Assembly: GCF_036321535.1 (NCBI RefSeq)
Contig: NC_087437.1
Coordinates: forward strand, 10,790,001-10,854,000
DNA: 64,000 nucleotides
Direction: 5' to 3'
From: Camelus dromedarius
Lineage: Eukaryota
Of this stretch, positions 11,987 to 24,644 are shown one piece after another (position 1 is the first letter of the stretch; each line of letters opens with the position of its first letter). Made by a program: the position numbers and the translations under genes. The notes under the pieces were generated by a model, which saw only the letters and a list, made by a program, of their open reading frames with translations, did no database searches and was not told where the DNA came from.

Positions 11987-13251
11987 TAAACCTGGTGTGG
12001 AGCTGCAGCCACTCAGGACTTAAATGTCAGCCCTCAGTCAATTGCTTCCTACCGCCACCACCACCACCACCACCACTAACTGTCACTATTATTTTTGCTA
12101 TTACTGATTGAAAATTTCCATAATCTGTAACTGCTTTCTTTTTCAGTTGGGTCTGGTCATTAGTCTTTTTAAAACCTAGTATTTGCCAAGAAGGAAAAAG
12201 CACAGTGTGATAAAAATTAATGAAAAATCGTTATAGATGGGAAAGCACGTTTAAAGAGCGCATTACATCCTGCTGCCAAAGAATAATACAAATTCAAATT
12301 GAATAGCTTAATTTTTAATTAGATGCCTACCAGAAGATGTTAATTTGGGAAATGCGAGCTATTAAAATCTGATAGCAACCAGGCAACACCACATGGACGT
12401 GACCTTTTTGGCGTTTTAATAACGTTGTATCCCCACCAGCTATTACAGCAAAAAAGCCCCTGAACTAGGAAATACTTTTTAGTAAAGCAGGAAATACAGC
12501 TTCCTGGGAAAACTGAAAAGATCTTATGACCAAGCCTTTGTGGCTTGCTGGTGTGCTAAAGACTGAGAGTTCAGGCTTCCTGTGTGTTCCTATATATTTA
12601 GTTATATGTCTCTGATCAGCTTCTTTAACTAAAGACAAACCAATTGCCAATTTTTTACGTATTTGGGTTTATTTTGGAAAATGCAAAAATCCAAAGGTTT
12701 TTCATTTGGTGTTTTCATTGATGTTCTCAGTGAGAAATTCTTCTTAGAGTATTTAATTAATAGTCTTACTATTTTATGAGAGCCCACCTTCCATTTTTAG
12801 GAAAAAGCTCACTAGTTAAGTGAAATTTTAGACAAGAGAGAAATGACAAGTAGGAATCAAGGTCTCTCTGAGGACCCTGGCTGGTTTATAAAACATGAAG
12901 AAATTAGCATCTTTTCAAATTTTTCTATGTTTGTTATTTTTCAGTAATAAAAACTTTTTTAATGCAGAAATATAAAAATAGAATTTAATTAAATTGTGAT
13001 ATATGTAGAATACATATAATAATGCTTTTAATACCAAGAAGAAGATAAAATATAATTGTGCAAGATCATTATAAACTATTTTCAATTAATTCATATTTCA
13101 TGCCAGATGGTGACATTCAATTATGATGCACTAATTTAAAACTGAATGGCAAATACTTGGCTTGGTTCTTTCAATTTCTGTATTCCTATTTTAGTCCTGT
13201 TTATGTCTGAGACTGCGTATAGCCTCATTTGGAGGTAATGGCCTGAAAAGG

Positions 13252-13252
<1 letters not shown>

Positions 13253-13310
<58 letters not shown>
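13253..13310. repeat. (TG)29 microsatellite
   Basis: Uninterrupted 58-nt TG run. Confidence 0.97.
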
Positions 13311-13316
<6 letters not shown>

Positions 13317-14629
13317 CCCTTTGGGAATATTGGAACACAGAACTTCATCTGCCTCCCCACTTCCAAAAAGTACTTCTGGGGTTTGCTGAAATTTGGAGGG
13401 GTTTTTTTTTTTTTTTTTTGAGAGAAAAATTTATTTTAAGAGGCAAGTCACTTATTCATGAAACTTTTGGTGTCACGTCATTATGCTGTACACCTGAAAT
13501 TGGTAGTGTTATATGTCAGTTGTATCTCAATAAAACTAGGGGGAAGAGAAAGAAAGTAAAAAACTTTTGAGACTCTACTCTTTATGAGGCACTTCCGAGC
13601 ACAAGATGAGTAAGACAGCTTCACTTCTTATACACGGAATAAGATGTAACTTCTCACTTAGAAAACTTGCACCAGAGAGAGAGGCAGTCCTTACCCCAGT
13701 GGAAACCAGGCCTGCTTGATCTCCAGGTCAGCTGAAGTGGACCCATCACCCTGACTCAGCTTATGTTAAAGAGTCTGTCCTCTGCACAGATGTTCCTGCA
13801 TTCTACCAAAGCCTTTTCCCAGCAATCAGAAAGGTTTATGCTGAGCAAATTAGTTTTCTTTTTCTGTATCTCAGACAATTGCAGATACATTCTGAAAAAA
13901 AAAAAAGAAAGGAAGGAAAGAAAAAGAAAACTCATCCCTGCCTAAAGCAAAATCACATTAATAAAATAAATAGATTTTTGAAAATTAAGCTATTGATAGT
14001 AAGAAAAAGCCTAAAGATCATAATGTTTCTTACGTTTCACCAACTGGAGATAGCCCTATCCACTTAAGGCTGCCATTTGTGAAATACACGGTAACAAACT
14101 AAGCGTGCATACTTTAACACACATAAAAAAGTTTTCTAATTGACACATCATCTATATGTATGTTCACACTTCTAGAGTCTTAAAAAGAGTTACCTTAAAC
14201 AAGTCAAAACGTCCACTCTTTTGAGTGATGAATTTATTTCACACTGTTTTCTGGTACACATCCTTCCAATCGCTGTCAATTTTTCTCCCAAGATTTCTGT
14301 TAAACTTCAATGTAACCTATTTTCAGATGATCACAAATGTAAGTTTGATAGAATGTGAAGAAAGAAGATTTTCCTACATTGAGTCTGTGGAACTATTTTA
14401 ACACCAGAAATGCTATCAGCTCAGAAGCAGGCTTTATACAAAGATACAGGTTTAACTGACTCTTGTTCTTACATAAACTATTTTTTAAAATGTTTTTTCC
14501 TCCTTTTCTCATAATTTACATTCGTCTCTTTCAAGAATTTTTGGTCCATTTAGAAACAAATGTTTTGTGTTTCAGGGTGGGGCTATGCGGTCTTTCTTGC
14601 ATGGTATTTATAGTAAGCAGATGTAGATT

Positions 14630-14795
14630 GGAAAACCAGCTCCATTGTTTATTACTTGTGTGATCTTGAACCAATCATTTAATGTTCCTCGGCCTCAGTT
14701 TCTTATATAATACAGATTATCAGCAGCCCTACCTAGATCACAGGATTCCTGTGAGTTTAAAATGAGATGGTGTATGTGAAACCCTTTGCAAACAG
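14630..14795 (+). mobile_element. MIR fragment
   Basis: tgtgtgatcttgaaccaatcatttaat...gcctcagtttctt...aaatgagatggtgtatgtgaaa. Confidence 0.7.
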
Positions 14796-17700
14796 TTGTG
14801 GGTTGTTATTGATGTTACTTGCCACAGTATTTAGGACTCCAGATGGTGGATCAGTACCTCCTTAGCTGAATTTAACTGAGAGAAGATAGTAGTATTGAGT
14901 AATTTCTACCACCACCTCCTTGGCACTGATTTTATAATCTGAAAAAAGCCTACTCCTGAATTAGTCACGCCTACTCTGTTATCTCTCGGGAAGGATTCTC
15001 TCTTGGGAGAGATTATCTTTCAGGTGGCAAATGTCCAAAGTTATCAGCCAGTTGATGGGTGCACCAGTGGGAATCATTCTGTTCCCAGTGCCATGGTCCA
15101 GGCTGGCCTTAGGGGGCTGTTCACACTCCACAGTGGTGTTTATTGAGCCTGACACGGCACTCTGATTTGTCAGACACAGCTGGCTGCCAGAGTTTGGCTG
15201 TAACATACTCGTGGGGAACAGAGTGGCATCTGAGAGGAGGAGAGGTTGATAAGCTCAGAAGATCAGCGCCAGCTCCCCAGATCCTCTGACTGTGGTCCTG
15301 CCTGGGGAACATGGTTGAATCCACGAATTGCTGAAGTTTAGAGTACTGAACACATTTCCATTTTTCATAGAATGCTTTTGTTAACACTCTTCTTAAGCAT
15401 GTATAAAATTGAAGCTCTGTTCTGTTTGATTTCATCTTTTGAAGTCTGTTTTTGCTATTTTGTGGCTGTTTCTTTTAAAAAAAAAAAACTCTTAGATGTT
15501 TTATCATATTCTTCCTATGAAATCTAGTTATTTATTATTTAAAATATGCCTATATTATGGTCTCTGGGCCTACGAATAATGGGTATTTTCCCTCTTACAA
15601 AAAGAACTATCCTGAGAACACTGACAATTAGGAGATAAAACAAGGTTAACAGTTTTCCTGTTCCAGATGCTTTATTCACAGAGAAATGTCCAGAAATATT
15701 TCTAATCTTTTTTTTAAATAAATCTGCATATCATCTGGCATTATTTTACTAATCTCGGTTCTTCTTTCTACTCTGCAACTCTTGCTTTTTCTGAAGTGTT
15801 ACGAGCTTGTTTGATTCTGTGTGGTTCTGATATCGTATCACTGAAAAATTTCTCCTCAAACACATGACTCTTAGGAGATCATTGGAAATTTGAAAACTGA
15901 ATATCTGATATTGAGGAATTATTGCCAGAAGTGTTTAGGCATAATGAAACGGAATTGTGATCATAAATTTTTATGTGTCCTTACCTTTCAGAGATACACA
16001 CTGAGTTCTTTGCAAGTAAACCCTGTGTATTTCATTCCTGTATCATCTACTTCAAACTATAGGCTGCCTGTGGTGCAGCCTGGACCAGCAAGGTCCTGCG
16101 TTCCTGAGCAACCGTCTCTGTCCACCACTTTTCAAACAGTGGTGGAACTGCCCAGGCCAGGTCACGAGAAAATGCTCTGAGCATCCCGCAGACATCCCAC
16201 TCAGGATGGAGGCGCTCTCCACTCCCTCAACATCATCTTCCAAATCAAAATCAAGGCTCAGTTACTCCCAGTCTTAGATTTATGCAAATCTTTATTAGAA
16301 CAACAAGTAGAGCTAAGAATGGCAGCCAATTAACCCTCAGCCTTACACAGTGATTAAGCCGAGGGTGCACACAGCTGCAGCTTCATTGGTAAGAACTTTA
16401 TTTTTCTCACATGGGCTGAGCAAACGGAGAGAGAGGAATCCGCTCCCCGGGACCCGTTTAGTGTTCAGACGGCCCCCTCCATTCCCTGCATCACAGCCCT
16501 TGGTTTCAGGTCTCTCCTCTTTTTAAATGCCTAATACAATCCTTAGCTATCAGTTGTCTCAGATACACCCTAACTTTGATTGTTATTCATTGATTCTCTT
16601 TGACCTGGTTGTGAATACATAGTAAATGGTATTACTATTAAATATCAAAATTTTCTAATTGATTGTGACTACTGAGGGGGTGGGGACCATAAAATAGAAT
16701 TATTTCAACACAGGTGTGTTTGTGTGGATTATATGCACGAAGTGTGTGGGCTCTCAGACTGATGACAGGGACCTAAATGGAACTTAAGAGGAAGCCATTG
16801 CTTATGACAGCTGTGCAGCCTTGCTTCTGCTTACCCCATTCCACTGCTGCCCTTGGAAACTGGCAGAGGACTATTTATCTGACCGAAATTTAGGTAAAGC
16901 TGTAAAAATGATAAGCCTACCTGTTTTCAAAGCAGGCTATCTTAGCAGAAGTGCACAAAAAAAAAAAAAAAAAGCTGCTTTTTCTACAGATGGCTACAGA
17001 TATAAGGTTTTGTCTGATGCCTATAACTCTTTTTTTCAAGTAAAAACCTTAGAAATACATGGTACAACATATAGCTGACTTCAAGCTGTATTCCTCATTT
17101 GTGAAGAATTGGCTTCTCTTGTAGAATATTACATGCTGAATTCCAAAAGTCATTCTAATCAGTACTTCCAAAATATGGATGTAGATAGACTGTAATTTGT
17201 AGTCATTTAACTTCTCGGACACCGTATCCAAAGGAAAAACAAAGCTGTAGTTGTATGTAGTTAATTAATCTACCTGGTGTTTTAAATACCAGGAGAGTAA
17301 ATAAAGTCCAAAAAACTGTATAAAGGGCTTTGGGTTCTAGCTCAGTATTAGCTGTCGGGTCCTGGGACACTGCCTCCTCCTGACCCACGAGTTCCTATGG
17401 GCTTAGTCAGATCAGTTTGGAAACATGATCTATGGGGTGGAGGTTCTAGAAAAACTGAGGCTTCTTTGAAAAGGATGAATAAAATCAGGGAATATGCATT
17501 ATTAAAGAAAAGAACATTTCAGTGTTGAGAACTAAAGAAGTTTCACAGAAACCACTCTATACTATCATAAATTAGGTTAAAAAAACAGAAAATAGCGATT
17601 CTGTGATATTCACCTTGCCTATATATTTATAAATGTGACTTTTAAATACTATTAAAAGGATTGTTTCCCTTCCTTGTCATTCTATAAAAAGAAACTCTTT

Positions 17701-18684
17701 AGTTATCTTACAAGGGGTGCTGATATATAATCATGAAAGAGATCCATAGTACGTAGCATTTTATCAAAGAATGGTTTTCTAGGAAATAGAGAATGATAAA
17801 GGAAAGCAAAAATGACCTGACCATGGGTTTAGACTAGTGCAAAGGACTCCTCATGGCGTCACGGTTGCTAGGAAAGGAGCGGGGACTTCAGTGTGTAGGT
17901 GAGAGATGTAGGTACAAGTGTCCTAATCAGCCCCCGTGTTTCTGCTTTGTGCAGGCAAGTCTTTATTTAACCATCACTTTGCTGTCTTTCCTGAGCATGC
18001 AGTCTGCCTGGCTTAAAAAGAACATTAGCTGTTCATTATTTTTTTGATAGGTCATTGTCCAGAAATGCTGACCTAGAAAAACTTTGTTGCTTTCATAAAT
18101 GTATCTCCTTAGTCGGTTTGGTTCTTTTAAAGATAGTAAAAACGACTTTACCAGAGTTCTTGCTATATGGGATACGGTGCACTTAAAACGTGCCTGTAAA
18201 GTTTCACCTTCATGTCTTAACTGAAGAAAAGGGCCTTTGGGGAAGTTGCTCCGACTGGCAAAGAAGAAAATACAGCCTGTATTGATGATCGTCCTGTTTC
18301 TTTTTCTGACTTCCATTTCCTTACCTCTGGCCTAGGGAATAGCTGTGACCCGGAAAGCGCTGTGTGACAGCTTTCCTAAAGCGGCGGGCGGAACTCCAAG
18401 GCCAGCACTCAAAGTTCCGCCTCTGTCTCTTTTTGACCGTTAGTTAGAGAGCTGTCCGTCCATTCGCCCTTTGTAGGATTCTGATTCCCATGACAGCATG
18501 TACAGTAAAGATCTCACCATTTCAGTTTGATTCAGAGGTCAGCCTGATTAGTAATTCTTTAATGAATGGTGGGAAATTCTAAATGAATGAAGACCTAATA
18601 CTTTTAAGTGCATACAGGAAATACTAGTAAAACGTTTAAACTAGATGGCCAGTGGACTCCACTTTACCAAGGAAAGAGGTGAAG

Positions 18685-18929
18685 TTTTTTTTAATTGTAG
18701 TTGAGTTACTATTTAATTGAAGTATAGTTGATTTTTTATTGAAGTATAGTTGATTTACAACTGTAGTTTTTTTAAATTGAAGTATAGTTGATTTACACAA
18801 TATAGTTGCGTTAGTTTCAAGAGTACAGAAAAGTGATTCAGTTATTTATGTACATCTGTATATTCTTTTTCAGGCATTTTTCCATTGTAGGCTATTACAA
18901 GACACTGAGCATAGTTCCCTGTGCTCTAC
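18685..18929 (-). mobile_element. L1 3' tail with reiterated terminus
   Basis: Three copies of attgaagtatagttgattt, then ...catagttccctgtgct. Short TSD aggtgaa on both sides. Confidence 0.82.
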
Positions 18930-19343
18930 AGGTGAAAGCGGGCTTTCCATGCTCACAGAAGTAGAGAAAAAGGTTATAATGAACCCTAACGTATCCCTCA
19001 CCTAATAGAGATTCAAAACTTAGCTTTATTTGGGGCTCGGGTATTCTTAAAAGTTAGCGAGGACTTTTTTCACACAGGCTAGCTATTCTCAGATGATAAC
19101 TGCTTTATACCATTAATTTCCATGGCAGCCTTGTTTAAAAGAGATGCTACAGTCAACTTCAGAACGGGTTGTTGCCTCAGAATTGTTAATATTTATTACT
19201 GAAGGGTGCAATCTGTGTTGCTGTGGAAGATAGGCCACTGGGTAAAGTCTTGTTTTTTTAAGGAGAAATGAAGGTAAATTATTTAAATAATATGTATTTG
19301 AAATCATTACAGTGTACTACAGTGTTTTAATACGGGAAATTTT

Positions 19344-19570
19344 GTTTTATTTATTTTTTTATTGAACATAGTTCCCTGTGCTATACACAAGAAACCTTTT
19401 TTAATCTTTTTTTTTTGTATAGTGGCTAACATTTGTGAATCTCAAACTCCCCAAATTTATCCCTTCCCACCCTCTTTTCCCAGTAACCATAAGATTGTTT
19501 ACTGTGTCTGCAAGTTTGTTTCTGTTTTGTAGATGAGTTCATAGTGTTCTTTTTTTGTCTTTTTTTTAGA
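19344..19570 (-). mobile_element. L1 3'UTR fragment with internal deletion
   Basis: Matches the 6522-7129 copy. TSD ttaatac(gg/aa)gaaatttt at 19327-19343 and 19571-19587. Confidence 0.87.
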
Positions 19571-20281
19571 TTAATACAAGAAATTTTAGAATTCTGAAAC
19601 AACATAATAAAACTCTTCTAATCATCCAGAAATTTACTTGTGTGGACAAAACATCAGATGATTGATTAACATTTTGCTTTTTTAATTTGGATATTTGAGA
19701 TCTTATTGTGTCTTGGGAGAAATACCATAATTATGAAAATTTGAAGAATTAACATTAACCCTACCAATGTCTGGCATCCTTCACTACTCAGCAGTTGTCT
19801 TTACTTTCCCTCACTTTCTAACTCAGCCTTCCACTCAGCACCAGGCCTGGGCCAGGTGCTGTCAGCAATGGCACGTGCAATAATTCTTATTTTAAGAGAA
19901 GATGCTTCTAAAATATCGGACCGAGATGTTGTGTCATTCCTACACAACAGCGATAACTTCTTTCTCTTTTCTTCTCTGTATGTTTGTCTTTTAAGAGATG
20001 CTGGAGCCTAATGCTCGTTACAGGTGTTGCATTTCTGGTTGTGTTAATACTGGTGAAGAACTTTCATAATAAGCATTATAAGAGTTCCTTTGAACTGTAG
20101 GCATATTTCTTTCCATGACAGGTGTGGTCCTGGAGGAAAAAAATTGTAAAGCAAAATACTTTAGATATATTTGAAAAATTTTCTGCGTAAAAGTATACAA
20201 TGGAGAAGCCAAATGAAGCATTTTTAAACTTGAGTGATGATGAATGCCCCCATTTATTTTTTCTTAAAAATACCAGAGTTT

Positions 20282-20381
20282 GGGGGTAGGGGTATAGCTC
20301 AGCATAAAGTGTGTGCTTAGCACGCGTGAGGTCCTAAGTTCAATCCCCAGTACCTCTATTAGAAAAAAAAAAAAAAAAAAA
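20282..20381 (+). mobile_element. vic-1-like SINE, short form
   Basis: ggggtatagctcagc...gcttagcacgcgtgaggtcctaagttcaatccccagtacctc followed by a pure A-tail. Confidence 0.85.
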
Positions 20382-23244
20382 CAGTTTTTTCCCCTGATTC
20401 AGCACTCAGCATTGCCTTTCCTGTGAGGACATCTCCCCAGATAAATCATGTTGTTACAATATTCAAGTGCCTAGGCCAGCCTACAAAAGCTGGCCCAGTG
20501 TGTGCGTAGGTAGCACCTGTCAGGGCAACTTCACACCAGCGAGAGTGTCACCTTGTCGCCTTTTATTCAGAGCATCGTGGCCACACGCGCTCTCCAGCAA
20601 CTGATTTTTGGCACAGACTGGCTCCCTTAATGGAAACATGTTTGTACGCAGTCTAATTCAAATACACAAGAGAAATTAGAATAAATGGAGGCGTGGAGGA
20701 GATGCCTTTATACTATATCCAGTTTTGAATGCCAGCCTTAGGTTTTTATAAGAAAAACTCTAGGAAAGAGCACTCACCTACAGCGCATGAATAAATAAGC
20801 CTGCATCCCTGGGGCAAAGACACAGAAGAGTGCCAGCCACGCCTGATCCTCTGTAAGAGGGTGCATTTACCTGAGGGACGTGGACAGTTTTTATCTAGGC
20901 AAGGGTCACAGATGGCTGGCGCATTGTAACTTCAGCCTTTTCCGGAATAGTTCTGTGCAGAGAACACATCCTTTCAGGGGAGTCACATTCAGAATACTGT
21001 CGATAGCTTAGAGTCGAGACTAATCAGATCTGAGTTCAAAATAGCCTGTGTTCAATTGGGTAAAAGTTTTTAGGTGAAAGGTTACTCTTCAGGGGAGGTT
21101 TTTGTTTGCTTGTCTGTTTAATTCTCTGGAAAGGTGACTTAAAAGTTGCAGTTAGCGTTACTAGGCAAAGAGAAGCCTTTGATTTCTCTACAGGAGTTGT
21201 ATTTGGGGAACTCAGCTCTGGCCATGTGTGTATTCATAGTGCTCTGGGGGAAAGGATATCTTAAGGTGGGGGAAAAAAGGGTTCTAGATGTATGTAGTCC
21301 TTGATTGTGTATCTGTGCTGGCTTTTTCTTTTTTCAAAAAGGAAATAACTTTATCGTTTTTTCCTCATAAAAATAATACATGCTTATTAAATTTTTCTTA
21401 AATCAACTATCCTTTAAAGATAAGTATTTGATTTTCCTTTGAGGCTCTTTGCTCTGCAAACTCCAGTTCAGTGGGACTCAGCAAAGTATATTTGTCAGTT
21501 AAATTTGTCTCATTATAATCTGGTATAAATTTAGATACAGTGACCTCAACTCTTAGCCCTGGCTTTGACCTGCTTCTACTTAGCATTTCCCTATGCATAT
21601 TTTATGGTCCCTTAATTAATACAAAATCTAGACGTGGATTTGCTGTTGCTAAAAATTTTGCTAAAAAGTCTACTGCTGTGCCTGCAATAATAACCTCTAA
21701 TTTATTGGTTTGGAAGTTGATCTCATTAAAAAGTTGCTGTATATATATTAACTTACTAGGAAAATTCTCTTTAGTTTACTTTTTAGAAAATGTCACTTGG
21801 GGGTTTTCCTTTTTAGAAATCAGCAGTGATCTATTTTTTGTTTAGAGGAACACCAAGGAAATGACTAGGTGGTCTAAATCAGTACTTAGAAATTTCTACA
21901 CTCCCTCAAACCTGAAGTCTTCCTCCACTGAAATCAATTAACGAATGTATTTCTTAGTGTTAAAACGTAGCAAGTTGTCTGTACTTGAGGTTTTTTCCTC
22001 CCTTTAAATTATCTTCAAATCTTTGGCTTCTGATGTTCTTTGGGGAATTGACTAGAACTGTTGAAATGTCTGTTCTGCCATTGTCAGCGAAAGGCTCTGA
22101 AAACACAAATAAGAAATTGAAAAGCGAAGCAGACCGGCAGTGTAAACAAACACCACCTTTACTCCTGTGGGAATGTGCCTCTTGCTTAGAACTCTGTTTC
22201 CAAAGAATGATTCTTTATCATTGTTAAATGAAGATAATTTAAAACTAAAGTTAACAGCAGTGAAAAAGGACTCACTGATTCTCTTTCTAGAGTAAAATAA
22301 TGTTTTTTAAGTGACAGGGAAAGAATTACACAAGATCAGGGTCTTTCCTTTTCCCCTCGATAACCTCACCCAGTGTTGTGGGGTTTTTTTTAATAGTTTA
22401 GGACCAATAAAAAGTTTGTCACTCTTTAAAATTAGTGTTCCTTTCTTCTGTAGTCACTTTTTTTTTTACTTTAGTCATCAGGTAGCGCAGCCCTAATTTA
22501 ATGCTTAGTCACAGTAACTACATTAACCCGTGTAATTAGTGTGCGTGCTAATTATACGTGCTTCTTTACTACACCTCTCTCCACATTCTGTGTTAGGACT
22601 TATTCTGTTTCTGTTGCAATTGTTTTATTAAGCATATGTATTTTATTGCAAGTCGTCTGGCTCTTTTTTGGCAAAGTGAGGTCTTTTTTGGCAAGATTAA
22701 AGTCTTGCTATGGGAGGTACGAGGAGCACATTTCGTAACGACCCAGCGCTCACTATTTGGACTTATTTACAGCTTCTGTCAGGAGAGACAGAACTGTGTC
22801 AGGCTTTGCTAAGCAGTTTGTTCCAACAAGAAGACATTTTTCCTGTCTGTTGTTGCCCAGCTGTTCTGTCGTCTCTGGGTCTCCGCACACACAGGAAGGT
22901 TTCCAGTGTGATTCCCAAGCAAGGATTTGCTCCAGGGGTCTTTTCTATCACTTAAAATCTGTAGAAATGATGAGATTATTAAGTAGCTGGCTAGCATGTG
23001 TGTAATTCCCTTAGATCTTCACTACAGCCACTTTTGACACTCTAAATACTATCTCTTTGCTGGTTCATTTATTTTGCAGTTCAGTCTTGGGTCCCCATTC
23101 AGTGTGTGTTGATAATTTGGAGGTTGTTAATACAGAAGGCTTGTTACTGGTAGAGGGACTCATTCTAATCATATTTATCGTCAGCAACACGCACCTGGCT
23201 TCGAAGTACAGGAGGATTCTCACAAAATCCAATAAACAAGTTCA

Positions 23245-23418
23245 TACTGTGTAGCACAAGGAACTATATTCAGTATCTTGTAGTAATTTATGGTGAAAAA
23301 GAGTATGAAAACGAATATATGTATGTTCATGTGTGACTGAAGCATTGCGCTGTACACTAGAAACTGACACAACAATGTAAGCTGACTATACTTCAATAAA
23401 AATATATTTTTTAAAAAA
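23245..23418 (+). mobile_element. L1 3' tail
   Basis: actgtgtagcacaaggaactatattcagtatcttg...gactatacttcaataaaaa. Confidence 0.85.
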
Positions 23419-23486
23419 ACACTTTACCTGGTTTACAAATGACATAATATGGATTTTACTTTATGTAAATTTAAGAAGTGAATACA

Positions 23487-23664
23487 ACCTACTGTGCAGC
23501 ACAGGGAACTACATTCAATTTCTTCTAATAAGCTATAATGGAAAAGAATCTGAAAAAATATATAGATATATATGTATGTTATAACTGAATGACTTTGCTG
23601 TACACCTGAAACTAACATTGTAAATCGACTATACTTCAGTAAAAAAAAAAAAAGAAAAATTTTT
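23487..23664 (+). mobile_element. L1 3' tail (second, independent insertion)
   Basis: cctactgtgcagcacagggaactac...ctatacttcagt-An. TSD aagtgaataca at 23476-23486 and 23665-23675. Confidence 0.85.
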
Positions 23665-24644
23665 AAGTGAATACAGTTTAAAATGTGAGAACAGCATGAA
23701 CCACCCTCCAGGACGTTCATTCCCCCCACACACACACAGACACACTCACACACGTGGAAAGAACTGTCTGCCTGGAGGCAGTGGGCCCCTGATGGTTTTT
23801 CTCTCTTGGTACAAGTTCCCAGGTGGCTGCCACGTTCCCACTTCAGGTGGGTTCTCGGGGGGACCACCTTCTGAGGCCACCAACACCACCCCAGCAGCAC
23901 TGAGGAGTCCCGGCTGTGATCACCCTGACTCTTTACAGCGTCTGTATGAAACCCAGAGGGTTTGTACGAAGCTGCTCTGGGAGCAGACTTGAGGGGAGGA
24001 GTGATGCTCTCCAGGTGAAGCACTCGACTCTCTCCTCCTGCAAACAGAAACAGCCACCTCCGCATGAGCCACATTCCACATCAGCCTGCTCGTGACCGCC
24101 TTGGGGAGACACCTCTTTCAGAAATCCTGGTAGCAAAAGCCATTAGGAGGAAGACAGTGAACCACATCAGAGGTTATCCAAAAAGGATACCAGCCCACAT
24201 CATCTTTTGAAAGAGGTCGATACTGGAACTTCTTGAAAGCTTTCTTACTCATCTTTGGCCTGTCACTGTTAACCCAGGGCCACTGCTCTGTTTTACTTCC
24301 TGTGCATTATAATTTAGAAACAAAACCCTCTGCACAAACCCCATCTTCACCCCAGGCTCTGGTTTAACTTCTCCCTCCCTCCCTGAAGGATTTCCCTATC
24401 CTCCTTGGGAATCACCGAGCTGGATACAGGGCAGGTGAAGTGGACCTGCACGTATTTATTTCTTTAGGACAGAGCTTTGTGCTGAATATGTAACCTTGGT
24501 TATTCCTTCTCATTTTCCGACTAGCTGGTCTCTTCTATTTTATCTGTATTTCCAGCCTCTTGGTCTTTCTGCTGATTCTTCTTCTTTCTTTCTTTCTTTC
24601 TTTTTTTTTTCAATCCTTATTGATTACCTGCTGCTCTCCCTCTT

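Noticed and set aside
18716..18794. Direct repeats with short spacers resembling a CRISPR-like array
   Set aside because: Mammalian DNA; the repeats are L1 3' termini with irregular 3-19 nt spacers.
23433..24074. 213-aa minus-strand ORF, the longest in the track
   Set aside because: It runs through an L1 tail, a polyT and a CA repeat, has no recognisable domain, and is a chance ORF.
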